Below, piece after piece: positions 17,798 through 26,276 of a stretch of DNA of 32,156 nucleotides. Every line of letters begins with the position of its first letter. Positions within the stretch are counted from its first letter, which is position 1. The position numbers were made by a program, and so were the translations under genes. Below the pieces are notes generated by a model. It worked only from the letters and a program-made list of their open reading frames with translations, was not told the origin of the DNA and searched no databases. The stretch comes from a virus. Taxonomy: Duplodnaviria; Caudoviricetes. The stretch spans positions 1 to 32,156 of the IMG/VR virus record IMGVR_UViG_3300030395_000158, one strand, 5' to 3'.

Positions 17798-17819
17798 ATA
17801 ATTATATTTATATTTACAT
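17798..17819 (+). promoter_or_regulatory. Putative early promoter motif, copy 2
   Basis: ATAATTATATTTATATTTACAT, 21/22 identical to 7787-7808. Confidence 0.6.
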
Positions 17820-17844
17820 TGTAATTAATTAAAAAACAAACAAA

Positions 17845-18021
17845 ATGAAGACATTAAACATTATTATAAAAGAAAACATCTCAACAACATTAAGTCAAAT
17901 TGGACCTAACTCTTGGAGAGTATCACAAACATATTTAGGAAATACTTTAAAGCAATTAGGTATTGATTACTTCTCAACATTAAAAAAAGCTGAGAATAAA
18001 TTTAATTCATTAACCAAGTAA
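17845..18021 (+). CDS. 58-aa hypothetical protein (not in the ORF track)
   Basis: MKTLNIIIKENISTTLSQIGPNSWRVSQTYLGNTLKQLGIDYFSTLKKAENKFNSLTK; AAACAAACAAAATG start. Confidence 0.7.
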   Translation: MKTLNIIIKENISTTLSQIGPNSWRVSQTYLGNTLKQLGIDYFSTLKKAENKFNSLTK

Positions 18022-18033
18022 AACCAAAACAAA

Positions 18034-18213
18034 ATGAAATTAGCAAAATACAAACAAAACTTAAAAATAGAAGGCAATAAAGTAATTAGTTATATTACTC
18101 ACGTTGCAACAATTAAAGGTAATGAGTTATATCAATTAGGTTATTGGTCAATGACAACTCAGAAACATATTAATTATGTTGCTAAAGAATTAAATTTAAA
18201 TCTAATTAAATAA
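18034..18213 (+). CDS. 59-aa hypothetical phage protein (not in the ORF track)
   Basis: MKLAKYKQNLKIEGNKVISYITHVATIKGNELYQLGYWSMTTQKHINYVAKELNLNLIK; SY.T.VA / WS.TT.KHIN pattern familiar from small phage proteins. Confidence 0.75.
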   Translation: MKLAKYKQNLKIEGNKVISYITHVATIKGNELYQLGYWSMTTQKHINYVAKELNLNLIK

Positions 18214-18263
18214 AAAATACCAAGAGGCAGCCGATGTATGTTAGCGTAAGTCCTCAGAAATTT

Positions 18264-18293
18264 AAGAGCTACTGTAAAAGGTAGCTTTTTTTT
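18264..18293 (+). terminator. Rho-independent terminator
   Basis: AGCTAC-tgtaaaag-GTAGCT stem followed by a T run. Confidence 0.8.
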
Positions 18294-18295
18294 AT

Positions 18296-18303
18296 TATAT
18301 TTG
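18296..18303 (+). promoter_or_regulatory. Bacteroidota -7 promoter element
   Basis: TATATTTG matches TAnnTTTG; a second copy lies at 18387-18394. Confidence 0.5.
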
Positions 18304-18309
18304 AAATAA

Positions 18310-18387
18310 GCAAATTATAGCCAATGTTAATTTGCGTTTTGGTTTAAAGTAGGTAGTCGGCGAAAGAGCGTTACCTACTTTTTTTTT
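18310..18387 (+). ncRNA. Candidate small RNA (hairpin, GU-rich seed, terminator)
   Basis: GCAAATTA/TAATTTGC stem, GTTTTGGTTT, then AAAGTAGGTAG/TTACCTACTTT stem and T run; bounded by an upstream terminator and promoter element; no credible ORF. Confidence 0.55.
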
Positions 18388-18395
18388 ATATTTGT

Positions 18396-18426
18396 ATATA
18401 ACGATTCAACAATTAAAACGTTTATA
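18396..18426 (+). promoter_or_regulatory. Putative late (ECF-type) promoter of the tail operon
   Basis: ATATAAC-N13-AAACGTTTATA, repeated at 27975-28005. Confidence 0.7.
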
Positions 18427-18431
18427 TATAA

Positions 18432-19103
18432 ATGAAGTTAACTATTAATATACCAGAAACTTTAAATGAAGTTACTTTAAAGCAATATCAAAAGTGGTTA
18501 AAGATTGCTGAGGGTAAAGAACTGGATTCATTTCTACAACAAAAGATGGTAGAGATATTTTGTAATATACCACTTAAACAAGTATTACAAATAAAAGCTA
18601 CTGATATAAACAATATCTGCGAAGAGCTATCAAAGCTATTTAATAATGAACCTAAATTTATAGATAGGTTTACTTTAAATGATAAAGAGTTTGGTTTTAT
18701 ACCAAAGCTGGATGATATTTCTTTTGGCGAGTATGTTGATTTAGATACATACCTTGCAGATTGGGAGCTTATGAATAAAGCAATAGGCGTTTTATATAGG
18801 CCAATTACATACAAGAAGAAGAACCAGTATTTAATAGAAGAATATGAAAGTTCTGAAAAGTATGATATGACAGAAACAACTTTAGATATTGTATTTGGAG
18901 CGATAGTTTTTTTTTACAGTTTAAAGAACGAATTACAGAAAACTATCCTGAACTATTTAGCAACACAGAAGGAGATAGAGCTACCTCAGCATCTGCGGGT
19001 TTCTCTGCTAAATGGGGATGGTATCAATCTATCTACGGACTTACTAATGGAGACATTCTCAAGTACAATAAAATTACCAAATCAAAACTACACACATGTT
19101 TAA
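18432..19103 (+). CDS. Putative tail assembly chaperone (frame-0 product)
   Basis: 223 aa; T9 slippery run at 18907-18915. Confidence 0.65.
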   Translation: MKLTINIPETLNEVTLKQYQKWLKIAEGKELDSFLQQKMVEIFCNIPLKQVLQIKATDINNICEELSKLFNNEPKFIDRFTLNDKEFGFIPKLDDISFGEYVDLDTYLADWELMNKAIGVLYRPITYKKKNQYLIEEYESSEKYDMTETTLDIVFGAIVFFYSLKNELQKTILNYLATQKEIELPQHLRVSLLNGDGINLSTDLLMETFSSTIKLPNQNYTHV

Positions 19104-19171
19104 TGCACTTAGCATTTGAAAAGGATAAATATGAATTAGAACAACAAATATTAAAAAGAAGCCAACGATGA
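18914..19171 (+). CDS. -1 frameshift extension of the chaperone (about 246 aa fusion product)
   Basis: -1 frame is open for 85 codons (LQFKERITENYPELF...KWGWYQSIY...LKRSQR), has no upstream start of its own, and its stop overlaps the ATG at 19168. Confidence 0.7.
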   Translation, partial: LQFKERITENYPELFSNTEGDRATSASAGFSAKWGWYQSIYGLTNGDILKYNKITKSKLHTCLMHLAFEKDKYELEQQILKRSQR

Positions 19172-19434
19172 CAAAGCAAGATATATTAGAAGAATTAACT
19201 GAAAGAAATTTATTAGTTGAGAATAAACACATAATTTTAGTTGATGGCTTTGAAGAAGCGTTTTTAGGTATTACAGCAAATCATCCAATACAAGCTATTT
19301 ATGATTATTGGATATGTTTAGATTTATTAATACAACGTGATAATATGGATTTTGATGATGCTATTGATTCTCTTGATGAATTTATAGAACAAGATTTAGG
19401 TAATCATACACCAAGATATATAAAAATAATATGA
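19168..19434 (+). CDS. Acidic hypothetical protein
   Basis: 88 aa; DGFEEAFLG...YD...TP pattern. Confidence 0.7.
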   Translation: MTKQDILEELTERNLLVENKHIILVDGFEEAFLGITANHPIQAIYDYWICLDLLIQRDNMDFDDAIDSLDEFIEQDLGNHTPRYIKII

Positions 19435-19886
19435 ATAGTTTTTATAACATAATAGATAAAATAAAAGAAGTAATTACAGCAGAACCATTTAATAATGAAA
19501 TATCATTTGGTGACATTGCTGATATTGATTTAAAAAAACAGAGCTTATTTCCATTAGCTCACGTAATGATTAACAATAGTACAATAAACAACAATTATGT
19601 AACATTTAATATTACTATATTCTTTATGGATTTAGTTGATATTAGCAATGAGCAAGTAACAGATTTATATAGAGGCAATGATAATAGGCAAGATATATTA
19701 AACACTCAATTAGCATTAGCAACAAGAGTTATGCGAGTATTACAAAAGAGTGATTTATATAGAGATAAATTTGAGGTAATTGATACTGCAAGCTGTGAAC
19801 CATTTACAGAGCGTTTTGATAATATGCTTGCTGGCTGGGCTGTTACTTTTAATGCTGGTACTAAAGATGAAATGACTTACTGCTAA
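19431..19886 (+). CDS. Putative tail terminator/completion protein
   Basis: 151 aa; FPLAHV and CEPFTERFDNMLAGW; position in tail operon. Confidence 0.55.
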   Translation: MNSFYNIIDKIKEVITAEPFNNEISFGDIADIDLKKQSLFPLAHVMINNSTINNNYVTFNITIFFMDLVDISNEQVTDLYRGNDNRQDILNTQLALATRVMRVLQKSDLYRDKFEVIDTASCEPFTERFDNMLAGWAVTFNAGTKDEMTYC

Positions 19887-20374
19887 TGAGTGAATTTAGA
19901 AAAGCTTTAGAGAAATATGCAAAGTATGTTATTCAACAGTCAAGGACTAACCTAACTAAAAAGAAAAACAACTCAACTAAAGCGCTATATAATAGTTTAG
20001 AGTATAAAATACAAGGAGATAAAGTTTCTTTTCTTAGTGAAAAATATGGGCCTTTTATTGATAAAGGAGTAAGAGGTGCAAAAGGTTATTATGCAGACCA
20101 AGCAACAGCAGAAAGTCCATATAAATACACAACTAAAATACCACCAGCAAAACCTTTTGAAAAGTGGATAAAAAAGAACAATATACAAGGTAGAGATAAA
20201 AAAACAGGAAGATTTATAACACAACAAAGTTTAAGCTATATAATAGCAAGAAGTGTTTACAGCACAGGTATTAGAGCAACATTATTTTTTACAAAACCAT
20301 TTGAACGTGGTTTAGATTTATACGGAGATGAAATAGTTGCTGGTTATTTAGAAGATAAATTAGATTTACAATGA
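19886..20374 (+). CDS. Putative tail completion/neck protein (HK97 gp10-like)
   Basis: Basic protein; L.NSL, YGPFIDKG, GIRATLFF motifs. Confidence 0.55.
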   Translation: MSEFRKALEKYAKYVIQQSRTNLTKKKNNSTKALYNSLEYKIQGDKVSFLSEKYGPFIDKGVRGAKGYYADQATAESPYKYTTKIPPAKPFEKWIKKNNIQGRDKKTGRFITQQSLSYIIARSVYSTGIRATLFFTKPFERGLDLYGDEIVAGYLEDKLDLQ

Positions 20375-21513
20375 GTACAATAATAAGAACAAGATCACCA
20401 TTTTTTATAAGAACACCACAAGAACCGCATAGCAGTTTAAGTTACTTTCAAATTAATATAACTGTATTTGGTGGCTTAAGTTCATCAACAGAAGTTTGTG
20501 ATGATTTGTATGCTACATACGCACTACAAAAAAAACCATTAGGAGCTGAAAACTCTGTAACTGTAGATATAAGTGAAATAGTAAACGACCATTTAGAACA
20601 AATATTTACAGGTACTTATTCTGCATCTTCAGCAAAAAGTTCTATTTGGGTAACTGTAGCTACTTCAGCAAGACAATCAGATGGTCAAATAGTACCAGAT
20701 ACTTCAGTAACATCTAATACTTACTTAGCGCAAGAGGGTTACAATAAATTTAAGGATGGTGTAAACTACACAACAGAACCAACTGTAATGATAAGTAGTA
20801 ATTACATTCAATATCATTTAGGAAGTACAGTAACAATACCAGTTAATGTTGAAAGGGTTACTTCAATTAAATGGCGCTCTGGAACTGGTGTTAGAGAAAC
20901 AGATTCATTTACTGATAATGGTAATCAAAATCAAAAAATTCAATATGCGCAATTTACCAGTACAACATTATTAGATAATGTATTAGTTACTTATGATAGT
21001 GGTAGCACATCAACAATTACATTAGCACCTACAGAAGAATGTAAATATCCAGTAAACAAAATAACATTTGTAAATAGATGGGGAGCAATGCAAGATTTAT
21101 TTTTCTTTAAAAAATCTGTAGATAGTTTAGAAAGCAGAAGTGAGAGTTTCAATAGAAGCATATTTGAAGCAAGAGCAGTACAATTAGACCCACCAGAAGA
21201 ACCAGAGCAACCTTGCCAAGAATCTTTAACATTTAACACTTATTCTACAACAGCACACGCAAAGAAAACATTTAATGCAAACGCTACTGAAAGTGTTTTA
21301 TTAAATACTGGTTTTGTTAATGAATTAATGAATCCATATTTTGAGGAGTTAATGGTTAGTGAGAATATTTGGCTTACTGATTCGAGTGATAACATATATC
21401 CAGTTAATTTAAAAGAAAGCTCATTTACTAAAAAAACAGGTTTAAATGATAGGTTAATAAATTACACAATGAACTTTGAAAAAGCATTTGCTTTAGTAAA
21501 CAACATTAGATAA
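20371..21513 (+). CDS. Tail tip/baseplate structural protein
   Basis: 380 aa; FVNRWGAMQDLFFFKKS and LNTGFV...ELMVSE C-terminal domain. Confidence 0.55.
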   Translation: MSTIIRTRSPFFIRTPQEPHSSLSYFQINITVFGGLSSSTEVCDDLYATYALQKKPLGAENSVTVDISEIVNDHLEQIFTGTYSASSAKSSIWVTVATSARQSDGQIVPDTSVTSNTYLAQEGYNKFKDGVNYTTEPTVMISSNYIQYHLGSTVTIPVNVERVTSIKWRSGTGVRETDSFTDNGNQNQKIQYAQFTSTTLLDNVLVTYDSGSTSTITLAPTEECKYPVNKITFVNRWGAMQDLFFFKKSVDSLESRSESFNRSIFEARAVQLDPPEEPEQPCQESLTFNTYSTTAHAKKTFNANATESVLLNTGFVNELMNPYFEELMVSENIWLTDSSDNIYPVNLKESSFTKKTGLNDRLINYTMNFEKAFALVNNIR

Positions 21514-23729
21514 TGCAAAAAGTTATTCTATATATACAACCACAGTTAAGAAATACAACAACTACACAAGATTTTGTTAGGGTTGATTTAATGGAAGAAG
21601 ATTTAATTGAATTAACTCAAGTTATTCAAGATGCAAGAGATATAGAAAAAATATTTACTGATTATTCAAGGACTTTTAATTTACCAGCAAGTAAAACAAA
21701 TAACAAAATTTTTAAACATTGGTACAATCCTGATATTGATGGTTTTGATAATCAGATATTTTGTAGCGCAAGAATAGAACTAAACCACTTACATTTTAGA
21801 TTTGGCAAAATAAAATTAGAAGAAGCTGTTTTAAAAAACAATGTAATATCAATGTATAAAGTAACATTCTTCGGTGATACTTTAACACTAACTGATTTAA
21901 TTAAAGATGACAATATAAATAATTTAACTTGGCTAAATAATTTTAATTTTACAGCATCTAATGCAACTGTCAAAGATGGTTTAGAAAATGGTTTAAATTT
22001 TACTGTTGATGGTGTTACTTATAATGATGCAATCATTTATCCATTAATAGCACATTCACAGAGTTATATTTATGATGAAACAGGTAGCCAAAGCAATGGT
22101 TTAAATATTAGTAATCATCAGAATGCTTCACATCTTGGAAAGCGTGGTGTATTTCCAGAAGATTTAAAGCCAGCAATAACTGCAAAAATTATTATTAAAG
22201 CAATTGAACAACAATACGGAATAACTTTTAAAACAGGTGAATTTTTAGATTCTGCTGCTATGACTAATTTATATTTGTGGATGCACAGAGATAAAGGAAA
22301 TGTAGTTTCTGAAAGTTTTAAATTAGTAGATGACCAAGCTTTTACTTGTCAAAGCACAAGTATTAAATGTGCCTATTTTTCTTTAGGAATTACTTCAACA
22401 GCTAATGTTCTTTTTGATACTAATAAAGGAACTTATTCTTTTTATTATACAGCATCATACGGCTTAAATCAACCAGAATCTTTTGATTTTCAAGCGCAAG
22501 TAACGCCAACAACCAGTAATGTTTATAGTTTAGATATAGTTAATGTTTTAGATGGTACAGTTTATAAGTCGGTTAACAATGTAAGCGGAACACAAATAAT
22601 AGGCGTTCAATTTGGTGATATTGACAATGGTATTGATATAAATTTAAATGAAACAATTGAGGTAGGTATTAGAGTTCGTTCTAATTTATCAATAAGTTTT
22701 GGTGTTTTAATTAATGTAGACCACAGAAATTGGCTTATTGATTATCCAACGCAACAGCACGTAACAGCAGTATATCAATCAAATTCAACAACTATTGCTT
22801 TAAGCTCCGATTTAAATTTAACAAATCAAATACCAGATATTAAAGTATTAGATTTTTTAAAAGCATTATTTAATATGCACAATCTAACAGCATTTTTAAA
22901 TTTTAATGGTGAAGTGGTTGTAAAAACATTAGATAGCTTTTATAGTGGTGGAGATACATTTGATATAACACCATTTGTAAAAACAGATGAACATACAGTA
23001 GGTGCAACAGTACCATTTAGTGAAGTAGATTTTGAGTATGCAGAACCTAAAAGCATTTTAGCGCAACAGTTCTTTAATACTAATAACCAAAAATATGGAG
23101 AACTTAATTATTTATCTGACACAACTAAAAGTAAAAAGTATCAAATTAAAATACCTTTTGAACACATGTTGTTTGAAAGATTACAAGATAAAACAAGTGG
23201 TGCATTGTCTACTGTTCAAGTTGGTACTTTTTTAGATGATAATTTAGAACCAAGTATAGGGCAACCGCTTTTGTTTTATGGAATTTATCAGCAATCAGCA
23301 GATGAAGTACATTTTGTTTATAATACAAGGCCTGTAGTTTATGGAGCTTTAGCAGATAATTCATCAAATGACCAATACGATTTAACAAACTATTGGATTC
23401 CAAGCGCGTGTAATGAATTAGGTACATCATCAACACCACCTACATATAATTTAAATTTTGGTAGTGAAATAAATACTTATACACTTACTGATTATGGTGG
23501 TAATAATAACAGTTTATTTCAAACATATTACACTAATTACATCACAAGAGTATTTAACAAAAGAACAAGAATATTCAAGTTTAATGCAATACTACCACTA
23601 AAAGTATTATTGAATCTAACATTAGATGATTTAATTGTGGTTGGAACAAGAGCTTACACAATAAATAAGATGTCAACTAAACTACAATCAGGAGAAACAA
23701 ATTTTGAACTATTAAACGAACCAACGTGA
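21513..23729 (+). CDS. Tail tip/hub protein
   Basis: 738 aa; DYSRTFNLPASKTNNKIFKH N-terminus typical of Bacteroidota siphovirus tail proteins. Confidence 0.6.
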   Translation: MQKVILYIQPQLRNTTTTQDFVRVDLMEEDLIELTQVIQDARDIEKIFTDYSRTFNLPASKTNNKIFKHWYNPDIDGFDNQIFCSARIELNHLHFRFGKIKLEEAVLKNNVISMYKVTFFGDTLTLTDLIKDDNINNLTWLNNFNFTASNATVKDGLENGLNFTVDGVTYNDAIIYPLIAHSQSYIYDETGSQSNGLNISNHQNASHLGKRGVFPEDLKPAITAKIIIKAIEQQYGITFKTGEFLDSAAMTNLYLWMHRDKGNVVSESFKLVDDQAFTCQSTSIKCAYFSLGITSTANVLFDTNKGTYSFYYTASYGLNQPESFDFQAQVTPTTSNVYSLDIVNVLDGTVYKSVNNVSGTQIIGVQFGDIDNGIDINLNETIEVGIRVRSNLSISFGVLINVDHRNWLIDYPTQQHVTAVYQSNSTTIALSSDLNLTNQIPDIKVLDFLKALFNMHNLTAFLNFNGEVVVKTLDSFYSGGDTFDITPFVKTDEHTVGATVPFSEVDFEYAEPKSILAQQFFNTNNQKYGELNYLSDTTKSKKYQIKIPFEHMLFERLQDKTSGALSTVQVGTFLDDNLEPSIGQPLLFYGIYQQSADEVHFVYNTRPVVYGALADNSSNDQYDLTNYWIPSACNELGTSSTPPTYNLNFGSEINTYTLTDYGGNNNSLFQTYYTNYITRVFNKRTRIFKFNAILPLKVLLNLTLDDLIVVGTRAYTINKMSTKLQSGETNFELLNEPT

Positions 23730-23863
23730 AAACAATATTAGAAGCATTAGAATTTTGTAAAGAGAATAAACTATATGATGAGCATATTAGAATAGCATTA
23801 GGTATTAACAAAGTACCACTAACATTTAAAGAAGGGTTTAATCAATTAAGAATGAAGAAATGA
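23726..23863 (+). CDS. 45-aa hypothetical protein, GTG start (not in the ORF track)
   Basis: MKTILEALEFCKENKLYDEHIRIALGINKVPLTFKEGFNQLRMKK; 4-nt overlaps with both neighbours. Confidence 0.65.
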   Translation: MKTILEALEFCKENKLYDEHIRIALGINKVPLTFKEGFNQLRMKK

Positions 23864-26265
23864 GTAAGGAATATGTAGCTAAAATTATATTTGATACTAA
23901 TAGCGCAGATTTAAGCGTTAATAAAACAAATAAAAAAGTAAAAGATTTAGGTAAAACAGCTAAAGAAGTTGGTAAAACAGGAAGTAAAAGTATAAAAGGT
24001 TTAAATGATTCTTTAAGTGCTTTACCAGCTCCAATACAAAGAATTGTTGGCGGTTTTAAAACTTTAAAGGTTGCATTATTATCTTCTGGTATAGGAGCAT
24101 TTGTTGTAGCTGCTGGTGCGTTAGCTGGCTTATTTACTGCTGCAACTAAAAAGGGCGCAGAGTTTAGCAAAGCAATGTCTGGATTAAAAGCGGTTACAGG
24201 TGCAACTGAAAAAGAAATGAATGCTTTAGCAAGTAGCGCAAAAGAATTAGGAAGTTCTACAGAGTTCACTGCTATGGAAGTGGCATCACTACAAACAGAA
24301 TTAGCAAAATTAGGTTTTCCTACAGCAGATATATTAGATATGAGTGAAGCTACTTTAAATTTAGCTTCATCAATGGGTATTAGTTTAGGAGAAGCTGCTG
24401 CTTTTACTGGTTCTACTTTAAGAGCGTTTGGACTTGAAGCAACTGATTCTAAAGAAGTTATTGACATATTAGCTCAATCAACCGCATCTTCTGCATTAGA
24501 TTTTAATAAATTAAATACTGCTTTAACTACTGTTGCCCCTATTGCAAAAACAGCAAATGTTTCATTATCTGAAACAACTGCAATGCTTGGAACTTTATCA
24601 AACGCTGGTTTTGATGCTTCAACATCAGGAACAGCATTAAGAAATATCTTTTTAACATTAGCTGAAGAAGGTATAACAATGGAAGAAGCATTTACTAAAA
24701 TTAATAATGCGACTGATAAAAATGTTGTTGCTCTTGATTTGTTTGATAAAAGAGGTGCTGGTGTTGCTATAACCTTAGCAGAAAATGCAGAATCAACTGC
24801 AAAATTGTTAACTGAATTAAATGGGGCAACTGATGCTTTTGAAGGTTTAGGCGCTGCTGCTGGTATTGCTGAAACTCGATTAGACAATTTAGATGGGGAC
24901 ACTACAAAACTTGGTTCAGCTTGGGAAGGGTTCTTATTATCTGTTGAAGATGGTGAAGGTATATTTAGCAAAATAGCAAGAGGGTTTGTTCAAGCATTAA
25001 CAGGAATTGTAAATACTTTAACTTTTGTTAGTAAAGCAACAGGAGCGTTTTTTAAAGAAATAAGAGAAACTGCTGGCATTTCTTTAGCAGTTCTTAAAAC
25101 AGGAATTAAAAATACTTTAAGAGGTATACAAAATTCTTTTTTAAGTTTTAAAGAAACTATTGCTGACATACCGTTTATAGGCAAAGCAATTGATAAAGAA
25201 AAACTTGCAAAAGAAAGAGAAGCATTAAACCAAGCATTAGCAAAAGCAAATGAAGATGCTAAATACTGGGCTGATATAAGCAAGAAACGAGCAGAAGAAG
25301 GAAACCTTTTTGAAAGAACTTTAAATAGGTTAAAACAAGAAGAACAAGAAAGAATTGACAGAGAATTAGAAGAAAGTAACAAAGCTAAAACAGATGCTAA
25401 TATTAATGGTTTAAAAGAAGAAGAAAAAGCAACTAGAGATTTAATAAAGTTAAAAGAAGCAGAACTAAAAGCAATATTAGATGTAGAAGCAACAACAAGA
25501 AAAGAATTAGCTGCAAGAAATGATAAAGTGAAAGCAATACAAGCTGAAATTAAAGAACTGCAAAATTTAAGATTAGCAAAGTTTGATATTGAAAAAATGG
25601 ACTTTGAAGAAATGCCAAAGTTAAAAGCAAGGGAAGCTCAAAAGGTAGAAATTAGAACTGGCGCAGAAGATTTAATTTCAAGAAATATTAATAAAATTAA
25701 AGACGAAAGAACTCGTGATGATGTTATAAGAGAAGAAGAAGAATATGAAAGAAATAGAGCCCTTAACAATGCAAAATTTGATTTTGCTTCAAGTGCTTTA
25801 ACTTCTATTGGTCAAATTGCTGATGCTTTTGCTAAAGGAGATGAAAAAAGGGCGAAGAAAGCATTTAAAATAAATAAAGCTATTGGTATTGCTCAGGCAA
25901 CAATATCAACAGCGCAAGGTATAATAAATGAATTATCACATCCAGTAAAAACTTTAACTTTTACAAACTACGCTGCCGCTGCCGCAATGGCTTTAGCTGG
26001 CGCTGCTCAAATAGCAACAATATCTGCAACAAAATTTCAACCAAGTGGTGGAGGTGCTAAACCAAGTGTAAATGATACAACTGGTGGTGGTAGTTTAAAT
26101 GCTGCGACACAACCACCAAGTTTTAATGTAGTAGGACAAAGTCAAGCAAATCAAGTGGCAATGGCTCTTACAAATCAACCACCAACACAAGCATTTGTAG
26201 TAGCTGGAGATGTAACAACAGCACAACAACTACAGAACAATACAATTACACAAGCAACTTTTTAA
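23860..26265 (+). CDS. Tail tape measure protein (TP901-type core)
   Basis: FSKAMSGLKAVTGAT...AKELGSSTEFTAMEVA...GTALR core; Ala-rich and helical; 801 aa. Confidence 0.9.
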   Translation: MSKEYVAKIIFDTNSADLSVNKTNKKVKDLGKTAKEVGKTGSKSIKGLNDSLSALPAPIQRIVGGFKTLKVALLSSGIGAFVVAAGALAGLFTAATKKGAEFSKAMSGLKAVTGATEKEMNALASSAKELGSSTEFTAMEVASLQTELAKLGFPTADILDMSEATLNLASSMGISLGEAAAFTGSTLRAFGLEATDSKEVIDILAQSTASSALDFNKLNTALTTVAPIAKTANVSLSETTAMLGTLSNAGFDASTSGTALRNIFLTLAEEGITMEEAFTKINNATDKNVVALDLFDKRGAGVAITLAENAESTAKLLTELNGATDAFEGLGAAAGIAETRLDNLDGDTTKLGSAWEGFLLSVEDGEGIFSKIARGFVQALTGIVNTLTFVSKATGAFFKEIRETAGISLAVLKTGIKNTLRGIQNSFLSFKETIADIPFIGKAIDKEKLAKEREALNQALAKANEDAKYWADISKKRAEEGNLFERTLNRLKQEEQERIDRELEESNKAKTDANINGLKEEEKATRDLIKLKEAELKAILDVEATTRKELAARNDKVKAIQAEIKELQNLRLAKFDIEKMDFEEMPKLKAREAQKVEIRTGAEDLISRNINKIKDERTRDDVIREEEEYERNRALNNAKFDFASSALTSIGQIADAFAKGDEKRAKKAFKINKAIGIAQATISTAQGIINELSHPVKTLTFTNYAAAAAMALAGAAQIATISATKFQPSGGGAKPSVNDTTGGGSLNAATQPPSFNVVGQSQANQVAMALTNQPPTQAFVVAGDVTTAQQLQNNTITQATF

Positions 26266-26276
26266 AATAAAATACA

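Noticed and set aside
18220-18260. Self-cleaving ribozyme or tRNA fragment
   Set aside because: No hammerhead CUGAnGA/GAAA core, twister or pistol consensus, or cloverleaf that I could fit
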